Shown one piece after another: positions 1 to 11,700 of a stretch of DNA of 64,000 nucleotides. Both the position numbers and the translations under genes were made by a program. Source of the stretch: Octopus sinensis (lineage: Eukaryota); contig NC_042998.1 of the NCBI RefSeq assembly GCF_006345805.1, positions 185,442,001 through 185,506,000 on the forward strand, written 5' to 3'. The notes below the pieces were generated by a model that was given only the letters and a program-made list of their open reading frames with translations, was not told where the DNA came from and ran no database searches. Each line of letters starts with the position of its first letter. Position 1 is the stretch's first letter.

Positions 1-128
1 TCAGCTTCGAAGTCTTCATCAAGCATGTTGTCGAAGAATCGAACAACATTCTCTCTGTTTGATATATCTTCCTCCATAAACTTACAAAATTTTCCCCACA
101 TGTTTTTCAGTATAAAATTCAAACATTT
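1..128 (-). CDS. Candidate coding exon of an unidentified gene (ZYG11/ZER1-like N-terminal region); runs off the window start
   Basis: Acceptor cttttatccAG at 129-130; frame open to base 1: KCLNFILKNMWGKFCKFMEEDISNRENVVRFFDNMLDEDFEA. Phase 0 matches the exon at 2623-2694. An internal GTAAGT at 80-85 could be an alternative donor. Confidence 0.5.
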
Positions 129-286
129 CTGGATAAAAGTATATAAAATAACATAACTGAGACTAACAAAGTAGCTAAATCAGATTTACAATAAAACTGA
201 AATACAATTAGAAATATTGAATTTCTAAATGTCTCAGAGAGACATGAGCGGTGGTGGAGCGGTATAGTGGTCGTATACTGTCAACT

Positions 287-444
287 CAATGTGACAGTCC
301 GTATGGTTATTACACCACCGCCATTTAGCCCTAGGAAACATCGACGTTTCCTGTTGGCTTTATGTGTCAAAGCCGACAGAAAACGTCAATGTTTCCTAGG
401 GCTAAATGGCGGTGGTGTAATTCCCTTATGGGACTGTCACATTG
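287..444. repeat. Fold-back inverted repeat (~75 bp arms, 7 bp spacer)
   Basis: Arms 287-361 and 369-444 are near-complementary around atgtgtc. Confidence 0.85.
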
Positions 445-544
445 AAATACAATTACATCAATTTAATGAAGCAAAATAAAGTAATATTCATTACCAAAGA
501 TCACAACATGATGGTTACCAATAAATGAATCTATATACATAAAT

Positions 545-945
545 CAGTAACAGAAAAGCCAAAGAGTATGAAGAGCTGGAAAGACTGATTAAATGCAAGT
601 ACAGGGAGTCTAAAAAGACCTGGATGAATGAACAGTGTGAAAAAATTGAAAGGCTATTCCCAGTAGGATGCAGGGTACATCAGAAGATAAATGAGATCTC
701 TGGGAGAAAGTAAGGATGCACAAACTCCGGATGTTTCAGTGCAAAGGCTGATACGATGTTAGTTGAGAAGATTGACATTTGGAATAGATGGACAGAGTAC
801 ACAGGTGGCTCATTTCATGATGCAAGAGCAACTTTGCCTAGTTTTCGTGACTCTAATGAGGGTCCAAAGATCCTGCCATCAAAGCTGCTGGGCCAGATGC
901 AATTGTCATTGGTTTCATATTTTGGCACAAGGCCAGTAATTTCAG
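545..945 (+). mobile_element. Degenerate RTE-type LINE ORF fragment
   Basis: Interrupted translation ...WMNEQCEKIE...HQKINEISG...IWNRWTEY...EGPKILPS, typical of the RTE endonuclease-RT linker. Confidence 0.55.
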
Positions 946-1615
946 GGGAGGAGGAAAATTTATTACATCAGCCCTAGTACTCAACTGGTACTTTACAAAG
1001 GTCGCCCATGGCCACAATGTAGGACATGGCACTAAAGAGAGAGAGAGAGAGAGATATTAAAAAAAAAAAAATGTCTTGATTAACAACATCATCAATGCAA
1101 CAATCATCATTATCCAAGAAGAAGAAAACATCTCAGTATTTAGTCAGAAAAATCCTTTGTAAAAGTGCTCAATATATGTTTCAAACAGATTGCAGACCCA
1201 ATATCCATTTAGAAATCTTAGATTTCATAAAAACTGAAAACCTATCTCTTCACTAGTTGCAATCATTATTTTCTGAATTTGAATTGTATGATTTTTAGCT
1301 GTATGATTTGTCCATTATAGCAGTTAAATTTGCCTCATAAATTTTCTTTTGCCTTTAAAATAGAGACTAGCCTTACAAGATACAAAACTATATCAATTAT
1401 ATTGGTACCATGATAAAATGCTCTCAGTATACTCTATAAAGTTGTGGGTGAATGAGTGAAGACCTTTTAGTTTTATCAAAGACATGATGTTTCTATTGCT
1501 TGTGATAGAAAACACATCTAGTCATAGAAACAACCCATCCAGAAGAGCAGTAATTCTGAATATGAAGTGATTTTGGCTCCTGAGAGCTGGCCAACCTATG
1601 TCAATGAGGAAAATA

Positions 1616-2486
1616 TGAGGTCTGATCAATAAGTATCCGGACTGTTGCCATAATAATGAAGCTAAAGCACGCAGAGTGAAGCTACTTGGCACAGATTGAC
1701 CTTCACCTCTGTTGTGCATTCACACTAAGTTTTAATGTTCTAGTTCACTTCCCTTGTTTACAGCAGTGCTTGGAAGTAACATGTGGTTGTTGTTGCATTG
1801 ACCATGACAGAAAAAATTGTCATGGTGATACCTGTTCAGAGGCCTATGCAAAGTTGCAGAAAGTGTATGCAGAGGATTGTATGAGTGACACACAAGTGTA
1901 TGAATGGTTCAGACATTTCCAAGATGGCTGAAAAAACTGTCAATAGTGATGAACCTTCTGGGAGACCTGCAACCAGCAGAACTGAGAAAAAGATTGCAGA
2001 TGTGAGAGGAAATTGTTGACTCACCATCTGTGAGTTATCAGAGGATGTGCAGATTAGTTACAGTTCAGTTCAGTCCGTTATCACTGAAGATTTGGGTATG
2101 AGATGCGTGTCTGCCAAGTTGGTAGCAAAACTGCTTTCAGCTGACCAAAAAGACACTCAGGTTTCAGTTGCATAAGATCTAGCATTGAAAATGATGAAAA
2201 CTTTTTGAAAACTTGGTGTAGGCCTCTGAGTAGCTATCACCAAGCTTTTGGCAAAATTTGATGCAGATTTTCTGCTCAACTTTCTCCGTCATGGTCAATG
2301 CGACGATCACATGCTACACACCTTCCTTTCAAGCACTGCTGTAAATAGTGGAAGTGAACTAGAACGTTAAAACTTAGTGCACACGCACAGCAGAGTTCAA
2401 GGTCAATCTGTGCCAAGTGGCTTTACTTTGTGTGCTTTAGCCTCGTTACTGTGGTAACAGTCCGGATACATATTGATCAGATCATG
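1616..2486 (+). mobile_element. Defective mariner (Tc1/mariner) element
   Basis: ~90 bp TIRs (tgaggtctgatcaataagtatccggact... / ...agtccggatacatattgatcag), TA on both sides; internal HTH remnant SEAYAKLQKVYAEDCMSDTQVYEWFRHFQDG...SGRP. Confidence 0.85.
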
Positions 2487-2622
2487 TATATGTAAAATGA
2501 CAATGACAATGATGATGATGATGATGATGATAACAACACCAACAACAATGACTATATATATTTTAAATAATAATTTTTGAGATAGTATTTAACAATAGAC
2601 AAAAATATAATCAAATGCTTAC

Positions 2623-2694
2623 TTCTTCAAGACTACTTGGTAACAAAGAAGTTTCTTCCTGATGTGTTGGCTTTTCATTGACTTCCGCAGCCAT
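2623..2694 (-). CDS. Candidate start-codon exon of the same gene (exon 2623-2714 including 5'UTR)
   Basis: Acceptor ttgttttcAG (2715-2716), aaaATGG start at 2694, MAAEVNEKPTHQEETSLLPSSLEE, donor GTAAGC (2617-2622). Spliced product PSSLEEKCLNFILKNMWGKFC resembles the ZYG11 BC-box region PYSLLDICLNFLTTHLEKFC (recalled). Confidence 0.5.
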
Positions 2695-3214
2695 TTTATG
2701 GGAAGAATAAAAATCTGAAAACAATAATAATTTAGTCTGAGTTAAAGGAATAAGAGTTCTTGAAACATTGCTTGAATCAATGATATATTAGTATCTTAAC
2801 ACTTCACTCATTAAGTCTCAAGTGAAGTTTTGAATTATATTTAATGTGATTCAAAATTCCACTTGACATTGACCAATTAGTATTTCTCCACTAAACAGAA
2901 CCTTCCTGGTGAAGTTAATAAGATTGATAATAAAGGATTTCAGTTCCTATTGGCTGATGTGTGTGATAAAAAAATGTAAGCTGAGATAAATTTCAGGAGT
3001 GCATTACTGGGTAAAAAGGATTGAATAAATGTTTAGTAAAGGGCATGAGAGCAGTTGAGGCATGGTGTGCATATCAGGAGATTCAGAGTAGCAGGAAGTG
3101 GAGAGAAAGAATGGAAATAATGTATCTGTGAGCTGGGGAGGGAACCCTTGCCAATCAGCGAGATGAGCTTTTTTGACAAGCATTTATGATACTTACATGT
3201 TTAAAGATAGTTTG

Positions 3215-3730
3215 GCACTCAGCTTAACAGCGATTGTCTGTGATCGGCATGTCCCTGAGGCTTTGCATCCAGTCATGTCATCATGCCACACCATGCCACC
3301 CTAAACAAGATGATCATAAAGCATGGCCTAGATGCTGCAGGCTTCCCTTCTCAGCTTAAGCCAGTGGGGCTAGACTGAGGGAATGGTAAAAGGCCAGATG
3401 GTATGACAATTTTCCCATTCCATGATGGCAGGCTCCTCATCTGGGATAGCACATGCTGTGACACCTTCTCCAGCAGCAACTTTGTGTAGTCAGATACCAG
3501 CCCAGGCTCTGCTGCTCATCAGGCTGAGGAAAGCAAGCTACCTAAGTATTAGTCGCTCTCCAACTGGTTTATAGCCGAGCCTGTGGCAATGGCAACCTCC
3601 AGCTTCCCCTGTTCAGTGCTATCAGGACGGAGATGGCTGTTCACATGTGTGAGCTCCATAACTCAGAGTGGCTGTTTCAGCGCATTTCTCTCACCATGCT
3701 CTGGGAAAAATCCTTTTCCATTTTTTACGG
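3215..3730 (+). mobile_element. CRE-clade non-LTR retrotransposon, REL-endonuclease remnant
   Basis: Translation HHATLNKMIIKHGLDAAGFPSQLKPVGLD*GNGKRPDGMTIFPFHDGRLLIWDSTCCDTF...AAHQAEESK.PKY...WLFQRISL matches the CRE-type GKRPDG...WD.T motif pattern. Confidence 0.7.
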
Positions 3731-3924
3731 GGCTCACACTTGTTTAGCCACAAGTCAGCTTTAATCCTGCAGCCCTATGATCAAACATTTTCAAAAGTGT
3801 CTATCTTGTCTTTTTGTAGGGTTACATTGTCCAATGTATCCTTTTATACTTAAGACAGTAGGGTGTTATTTAAGGGTATTACATAAGAAAGTACAGTGTG
3901 ATTTGAGAGCAGTTTGGTAGCTAT

Positions 3925-4154
3925 TTCTTTACTACCCACAAGGAGCTAAACACAGAGAGGACAAACAAGGACAGACAAATGGATTAAGTCGATTATATCG
4001 ACCCCGGCGCATAACTGGTACTTATTTAATCGACCCCGAAAGGATGAAAGGCAAAGTCGACCTCGGCGGAATTTGAACTCAGAGCGTAGCGGCAGACGAA
4101 ATACTGTTAAGCATTTCACCCAGCATGCTAACGTTTCTGCCAGCTCGCTGCCTT
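3925..4154 (-). mobile_element. tRNA-derived SINE family B, full length
   Basis: Head aaggcagcgagctggcagaaacgttagc; 16 bp TSD gcagtttggtagctat at 3909-3924 and 4155-4170. Further copies at ~30029-30259, ~30809-31023 and ~56236-56467. Confidence 0.85.
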
Positions 4155-5559
4155 GCAGTTTGGTAGCTATGGGAGAACAACTTTAATGAAGAAATCAATG
4201 ACACTTCTCTTTTTCTCTGTCTCTTCCATTATTCTCTCAACTACAATCCTCTCACAACAATAAATCCATTCCTCCCATCATAGCTTAACTCCTCTCAACA
4301 TTTCATCTAAAGTAACTACTCTCTCCTATTTTCTCTTTCACCCTGCAAGTTGCAAGATGACCTCATGAAAGATGCACCTAGAAGCTTTGCAAAGAGGTTG
4401 GAAAATCAAGCTGTAACATCACAAGATTGAGAGGACTTCATCATGAACAAGATACCTTCTCCAGTGTTGGGTGTCATGGGAAATTGCACCCAGTACACTC
4501 TGTAAAGTGGTTGGTGTTAAGAAGGACATTCAGCCATAGAATCAATGCCAGAATCGAGATACTGGAGTGAGACATGGTCCTCTCACTTGTTGGATCCCAT
4601 TGAACCATCCAGTCCATGTTAGCAAGGAAAGTGGATATGAATTGATGATGATGATGAAGATGAAATTACTGTTTTGGTCTTAAAACTTAAACTATTTGTG
4701 TTTCAAAATCAGATTTTCGAGACTTATCAGCATGCAGTTTTGAATTTTAAATATGGGCAAGATTTTGCCTGAGAGTAAGGGGTTCTGGATACATAGCATA
4801 GAGGCTCCTTTGTTGGCTTGAATAGATGGTGTACTTTATAAGGGTACAAAGCATTTTCAATTAAAGCTGCGCTTGAAGAGTAAGCAAGGAGATGAAGTAA
4901 GAAGAGATTAATTTAGAAAACTGTTTATTATGAGAGGTATGCTACAAAGAAGGTGTTTTACTTAGGGTTAGGGTTAAAATTGAGATGGAGCTGAGGCTAG
5001 GATTCTTGCTGTGTTTAAAAATGAGTAAGTCAATTTTTAATAAAAGGCAAAACTTTAACAGCAAAAAACAAAGAACTACAGTCAGTGAATGAATTTATAC
5101 AAGGTTACATTGCTCAACATGCTAAAAATAGCATACTTACTTAACACACTACTCTCATTAAAAAGAATACAATTAGATAACACAATTAGAACTTTATGCC
5201 TGAGCAAAAAGATGGGCTAGTCATGGCCAGAATGTCTTTGATTGCAAGTCTGTTCGATCAAGGCTTAACCATTGGTTAACATTCTGCCAGCAATTAACAA
5301 AGTCAGTTTTATTGTTTGCTTTTTCTTTTCTTTTTTTTTTTAACATGATTAACTAAATCCCTGTCTAAAGGTGCTGACTTGGAAACTTAATTAGTGTAAG
5401 AAAAGTAGAAGATAGAAACTTTCGTTTTACTATTTCTTTCATATTAAAGATCACAGAAACTTGCTTTTTGTGGATGCTAAATAAATTTAGCTTCTGAAAT
5501 TTTTTGATGTATTGTTTCTTCTATGCTGTTTTTTTTTTTTTTTTCTCTTTTTCTTCAAC

Positions 5560-7250
5560 GGGTATATACGTATGAAGAACTACGACAATCTCTAAAATTC
5601 CAGTCGTTCTCATTGCTTCTTCCCTCCACAGCAAATACAAGGTATATAAAAGATGGCAAATGAATTGAAAAGTAAACAAACGACTGTCAATAATCGGGAA
5701 TGCGTTTGATAAATACGTGAGTGTATACAGAAAGTTTTCGCATTGTACAAGGAAATATATTAATTTAACATTCTCTTCGGCGATCTTTGGTTTTTGGTAA
5801 ATATATTTGTGGGACTGACAACGAAACCAAGACAATATAAGATACAAAAATAGACTATTTACAGGAGTTTACCAGACCACAACACACGCAAGAGAACGTT
5901 TATGTGATTGACGCCAGGCTTATCACCCAAAAGCATTTAGACATCATTATACTGTTTAATTATTTGCAGTTTACTAATTGAAAAATGGAATAAATCATAT
6001 GCAATTTACACAAAATCGGAATTTGCAGTTATCACTTTGTTACATCAGGTATATCATTTTATACCATTGGCGATAATTTGTTAAAAAATTTTTGATTCAG
6101 TGTAGTTTGTTTTACTTTATTCACCTCTATGTGAGCTTGCGTATTTTCATGTGTGTATGCGTAATTTGATATGTGGTTGCTATGTCTAGCAGGTGATCGT
6201 CTCCTAAATGCCCCACTCTCAATTGTGCTTTCTTTATGTTTACTATAGTAATACGACAAATTAATTCCCCTTGTTAAAGAGTCCATCACCCCAAACTTTG
6301 TCTTTTTAAATATGTTTTTTACACTGCGATTTCCCATATTCTATAGTTTCGTATCAATTCGTTCGAAATGACGAGGCGGGTTATTCACATTTACTATACG
6401 TTCAAATAAAAGTATCGTGTAACAGTCGAAAATACGAATATTAACAAATGAAAATCTGGGTATGGATATTGTATCACCTGGCAACTGATTTACACATTTG
6501 TATTTGTGCGGTTCTCTCCGCTTTCATCACATAAAATCGGAGATTACTTGACTATTAATTTAAGGCTTTATATATATATTTAAAAAAAAGGGGGGCATCC
6601 ATCCGTTTATGGATTGCTAAACAGGGGGACAATGGAAAACTGTTTCTGGGTGATCTTACACAAATCGAGCAAGCTTAAGTAATTTAGCGTCAGTTCACGT
6701 AATTGCTAAATGCAATACAATTATTGCATTAAACATTAATAGGGTCGAGAAATTATCGGTAAATGTGAAAAATTGAACATCCATCTAGCATGTTGCATTG
6801 AATTGATGTTCCATCGATTGTAATTTAGAATCAATGACCTGGGTGCAACGAATTCGCTTTACCAAGACTTAGCAAGGCCATCAAATAAGAATTCTTATTC
6901 TACCAATCAGAGAGGTGATTGTAAAATTGCTGGATGTTAGTGACCGATCGTGAATATGAATTATTGAGAAGATCTGTTTGTAAACAAATTATTAACAAGG
7001 ACATGAGCAGTGGAAATACTTACAGCAGTTTCCCCCAGACAAATTACGAGCATGCGCAATTGCTACACGGTCGTATAATAATAGTGGCTCACGTGGCTTT
7101 TAATGTACCCTTTGGGATTTTGTTGACAGGTACTGAGATGCGATGCCTGATTTTCCTCAGATCCTATCCTACCCAAGTGCCGTTATATATCTAACGAGTA
7201 GGTAGGATTTCAAACAACGAAGACAGCAGGGGGCGGTTTGAAATTTTCGA
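5560..7250. promoter_or_regulatory. CpG-enriched, repeat-poor region; possible promoter/first exon of the minus-strand gene starting at 2694
   Basis: Visibly higher CpG density than the flanks, CCAAT motif near 6903, NRF1-like gagcatgcgc near 7049; lies upstream of the ATG exon. No TSS evidence. Confidence 0.3.
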
Positions 7251-7787
7251 AAAACCACCTATTGTTGTCATCGTTTACCTGCAGTTCCATGGATATGTCG
7301 AAATAAATGAACTAAAATATAGGTGGATGTAACCAAATGCATTTTAAGCGGTTAGTGTGGTTTTGGCATGGAAACTGTTCAGCTTCCCTCATGAGAACTA
7401 TTTTCTCATGCCAAACTAGTATAACAAACGCAGCATATGTTGGTTAAACAATGAATTACTCCAACATAATTTAGGTTTTATAACGAAGTAATTTTTTTTT
7501 TTTAATTACGTTATATGTTAATGTTTTCAAAAAAAGTAGTTCCGAATAATTTTGAACACTAAACCAAAAGCAACCCTTGTTATTTAATAACTGATGCTGA
7601 TTTCTATTTTTTTTTTCTTCACAGACATAGTATTATCTTTTTACTTTTAATTTCATTATTAAGTCGGGACTTAGCTTTTTATCTTTCGAGAATCGATAAA
7701 ATAAGTACCAGTTGAGCACCGTGGTCAATGTAATCCACTTACTCTTCCCCCAAAATTTTAGGCCTTGTGCCCTATAATACAAAAAAA

Positions 7788-8200
7788 GGATCTTTTCGGT
7801 TTGAACGGCACTTTTTTTAAATAATTTCCACCAAACTAAACACTTTTAAACTTCGTATACTGGTAGAATGTGTTTTTAAAACATCTTTTTCTCTTGGCTT
7901 TATTGAGAAAATTCTATAGTTTGTAAGATATTTGTTTTTTTTTTCTGCAATTTCAACCAATCAATGACGTCTATTGAGGTGAAAACATTCTGTGCTGTAT
8001 GAATATGTCCATCGTTTAAGAAACAGATTGGGTTTATTTACATTTCTGAAGAAAAATGATACCCTTCCCCCACCCCTAACTCTAACTAACCCTAACCCTA
8101 AAACATTGAAATGCAATAGATCGATACTAGGTTCATAATTATGGGTGACAATTTCATATGACACCGCTAGAAAAAACTGCCGTTCAAACCGAAAAGATCC
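7788..8200. mobile_element. Merlin-like MITE with GGATC-start TIRs and internal (CCCTAA)-like repeats
   Basis: TIR ggatcttttcggtttgaacggca / tgccgttcaaaccgaaaagatcc. A second copy at 47794-48163 has an 8 bp TSD ggtgggga/ggtggtga. Related half-copies near 12955-13120 and 13600-13763. Confidence 0.7.
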
Positions 8201-8414
8201 CCACTTACTCTTCCCCCAACATTTCAGGCCTTGTGCCTATAATACAAAAAAAAGAAGGCGATGTTTCGAAGAATTATTATTATTAGTATTGTTGGTCGAT
8301 AAATTAAGGACCAGTCAAGTATTGGGGTCGTTGTGATCGACTTTCACCCTCTTCCCCCTACCCCCAATTTCAGGCCTTGTGCCTATAATAGAAAGGATTA
8401 TTGTTGGTATTGTT

Positions 8415-8594
8415 CAGTGCTTTTCAAACTTTTTGCTGGAGCGGAACCCCAAGGAAACATTCCACTGGCTCGAGGAACCCCCTGTGCAATAATTTAATAG
8501 TCTTATGCACACATATCTGCACAGGAGAATTAAAAATTACTGCCGATTTTAGCAGTTTTGTAACTTCTTGCGGAACCCTGGTTGAAAACCACTG
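8415..8594. mobile_element. hAT-type MITE (180 bp)
   Basis: CAGTG...CACTG termini, perfect 8 bp TSD gtattgtt; near-identical copy at 9289-9467. Confidence 0.85.
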
Positions 8595-9288
8595 GTATTG
8601 TTCGACGAGTTGGCTGAATTGTCAAATCGGATAAAATGCTTTTACGTTTTAAGTTCAAATTCCGCCGAGATCGACTTAGCCTTTTATCCTTTCAGGGTTG
8701 ATAAACTAAGTACCAGTTGAGCCCTGGAGCCGATGTAATCGGCTTAGCCCCCCCCCCCCACACACATACATCCAGAAATTGCTGGCCTTGTGCCAAATTT
8801 GAAACCAAAATGATACTGTGTTATAGTCTCATAAGAGCCAAATTACCAATTTGATTTCATATCAGAGGTAGAGAATAAATTCCAGCAATCATCGAAAATG
8901 GCTGAAAAGAATAGAATAGTTCTTTGTCTTTGGGGTGTTTGGAAGAGTAAAATCCGTTTTGTGGTTAGTAAGAGCAATTTAAACTGAGGTGAAATTCACG
9001 AAGAAACCACTCAGGCTAAACCCATGGCAAAATTGTTAGTTCATCAGAGTTATGTCCCTTGGAACGTGGATATGGTGATACGAACTTATCAGGGCAGTCA
9101 AGATTCATGCGTTATCCCTATCTGCTGGATCCCCGTGAAAGCCACCATCACCATGCAACGTCAGAAGATGGCAATGTGCTATGCATGCTCATGAAAATAC
9201 CAGTGAGAGACACCCAAGTAGTAGTTAGAGAAGGAACATAGGAGGCAAAGCCCTGTCAAAATATGGTTGAGGATTGTGGAAGAGGGAA

Positions 9289-9467
9289 CAGTGCTCTTCA
9301 AACTTTTTGCTGGAGCGGAACCCGAAGGAAACATTCCACTGGCTCGAGGAACCCCAGTGCAATAATTTAATAGTCTTATGCACACATATCTGCACAGGAG
9401 AATTAAAAATTACTGCCGATTTTAGCAGTTTTGTAACTTCTTGCGGAACCCTGGTTGAAAACCACTG
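9289..9467. mobile_element. hAT-type MITE, second copy
   Basis: Near-identical to 8415-8594; right flank gtctagaa fits the Charlie-type NTCTAGAN target. Confidence 0.8.
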
Positions 9468-9650
9468 GTCTAGAAGATATGGGTTTGGCTTGAGAGTAGG
9501 CTTCTGACAGGCTTGTGAATCTAATAGTTGGAGATCGCTCATCACCTGATACTCCACGGATACCAAGAGAACTTAAGATTATGTCAGCTATCTGTCGGTC
9601 AGTATGTCTGTCTATCTACCGACCGACCCATCTACCTACCTATTGATTCC

Positions 9651-9651
<1 letters not shown>

Positions 9652-9689
<38 letters not shown>

Positions 9690-9700
9690 CCTACCTACCT

Positions 9701-9750
<50 letters not shown>

Positions 9751-9950
9751 GGGTAGGTAGATAGATAGATAGATAGGTAGATAGGTAGGTAGGTAGATAG
9801 ATAGGTAGGTAGGTAGATAGATAGATAGGTAGGTAGATAGATAGATAGGTAGGTAGATAGGTAGGTAGGTAGATAGATAGGTAGGTATGTATGTAGATCG
9901 ATAGATAGGTAGGTAGATAGATAGGTAGAGAGATAGATAGGTAAATAGAG
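9652..9950. repeat. (GATA)n/(GGTA)n compound microsatellite
   Basis: Direct reading of tandem tetramers. Confidence 0.95.
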
Positions 9951-10245
9951 AGTGTGGGAGAGTAGTAGTCTGGGAATGTGCTTTGTTGACACGTAAAACG
10001 CACCACATAGAAACGCTGAGATCAGTATAATCAAATATTAGCGCGCGTGCAAGCGTGTGTGTTGATGGATGCATGCGTTTGTGTGTGTGTGTGTAGGTGA
10101 CAGACCAACATTTTCTCACTATTATTACTTTTGAAATCCTGGATATTCCACGCATTTTGTTAGTGATGGTGAAGATGAGAGCGAATGGCATGCAAAATAA
10201 GGTAGTATAGAATGCATTAGAATAGAATAGATAGATAGATAGATA

Positions 10246-11022
10246 ACTTTCTTTTATTAGCCACACAGGGCTGAATACAGAGGGGACAAATACAAATGTA
10301 GAGCTTTTCTTTTCGAGGGTGGAAAAGAAAAAGGAAAATAAATGTAAGATTTCGATCAAAAGGGATCGAGAGAGAAAAAAAAATCGTTTATCATAGAAAC
10401 ATTTAAAAAAAAACAAAACATTAATAAAACAAGATTGGGTTCATCCGTGGGAAGAAAAGCCTACAGAAAACAGAAAAGACCACGGGAACCTCAGTCAGGG
10501 AGGAAATAACCACATGAGAGCAAAATGCTCTCTCTCTCTCTCTTTTTTACGATTTACAGGGTCATGCTCAAAAAGGTTTCGTCACTCACAGGCACCATCT
10601 TTGCTACATTCACCCATCTTTTTTTTAATCTTTCGCGAGACAAAACTTCCCTCTCCATTCTCACCTTCCTTTTCAAGTGGTACTTGAAAAAGTTGATGAG
10701 CGATTGGCCAGAGAGGTAAGTGTTTGTCTCTAATCCTTTCGCTCGGGTCCACCACACACATTTTTTCACCATGGCCACCAGTACGATGAAAACTGTCTTG
10801 CCTTCCCGGTTGAGGGACAATAACCACGATAGACTCGGCCGATAGGCGGACTCGTCCCACACGTGACAGCAGCCGTTCGACATAAGCCCACAGGTCTGAA
10901 ATGGTTGGACATTGCACGGGTGCGTGCAGAACGGTTTCGTCGCTCTGACCGCATCTCGGGCAAGTCGGTCCAGTGTGTCTGGAACCGTGTCTGTAGAGCT
11001 TATCCCGAGCAGGTAATGCTTC
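10246..11022 (-). mobile_element. 5'-truncated Tx1-like (L1 clade) LINE: ORF2 C-terminus plus 3'UTR
   Basis: CCHC motif TCPRCGQSDETVLHAPVQCPTISDLWAYVERLL, then FIVLVAMVKKCVWWTR...FFKYHLKRKVRMERE...RW; 3' end AATAAAAGAAAG joined to (TATC)n; (GATA)n on both flanks. Confidence 0.75.
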
Positions 11023-11259
11023 TCGATAGATAGATAGAAAGATAGATATATAGATAGATAGATGGAGTTAGAGAGGTGGGGGGATGAGTGATAGACGAGG
11101 AAGTTGTGACGAGTGCTAAGATGGTAACAGTAAAAGATGGGAGAGAAAAAGAAAGGAAGGATGAAAAACACCAAAGAATCGACACACCCATACTCGTGCA
11201 CACATACACACAGTGATTGCTCCCTCTTCACATATGATTGCCGTCTCTCTGAGTTTCCA

Positions 11260-11700
11260 TGTTGTCAATGGCATTTTTGAGATTCCGTCTGTGACCTCTC
11301 AAGTGACGATTCAGTCCCGCTGCAGATCTGTATAGTTTGAAGCATAGGTGACAACTTCCATTGGATCATTTAGTGAGATATGATTCCTGTGAACAGCCAT
11401 AGGTCTCTACAGATCCGAAATCGACTTGCAAAGCCCTTTCACACACTACACAAGTTGAAGCACCCGGTGTGGGAGGAAGGACGTAGCATAAGTCCTTCAT
11501 GGGATTTTCCATGGGACTTCAGATGGTTGACGTACATGGCCTAAAAAAGGAGTACACAGCCAGACGTTTCACACTCGTTGAGGCTCTGAAGCACACACAC
11601 ACACTGTTTCTGCGGTGCCAGTACTCATATGAAGATTTGGGCTGCTTGATTGGACGCTTAATGAAATCCGAGCCATTGATGTGAAAACTCGAAAAATACT
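11260..11700 (-). mobile_element. Degraded retroelement-like fragment with a C2H2 finger remnant
   Basis: Translation CHLCFKLYRSAAGLNRHLRGH; surrounding frames are broken. Confidence 0.3.

Noticed and set aside
3197-3300. Apparent minus-strand exon with AG and GTAAGT signals
   Set aside because: It overlaps the plus-strand CRE relic, its peptide is unrecognisable, and it lies upstream of the candidate ATG exon.
6059-6337. 92 aa ORF beginning MGNRSV in the CpG-enriched region
   Set aside because: No recognisable domain and no convincing splice partner; may be UTR/promoter sequence.
9691-10416. Long ORFs (241 aa and overlapping frames) rich in YLSI/YLPT
   Set aside because: Read-through of the GATA/GGTA microsatellite; the same applies to the YVCM/HTYI ORFs at 27330-27833 and 41888-44237.
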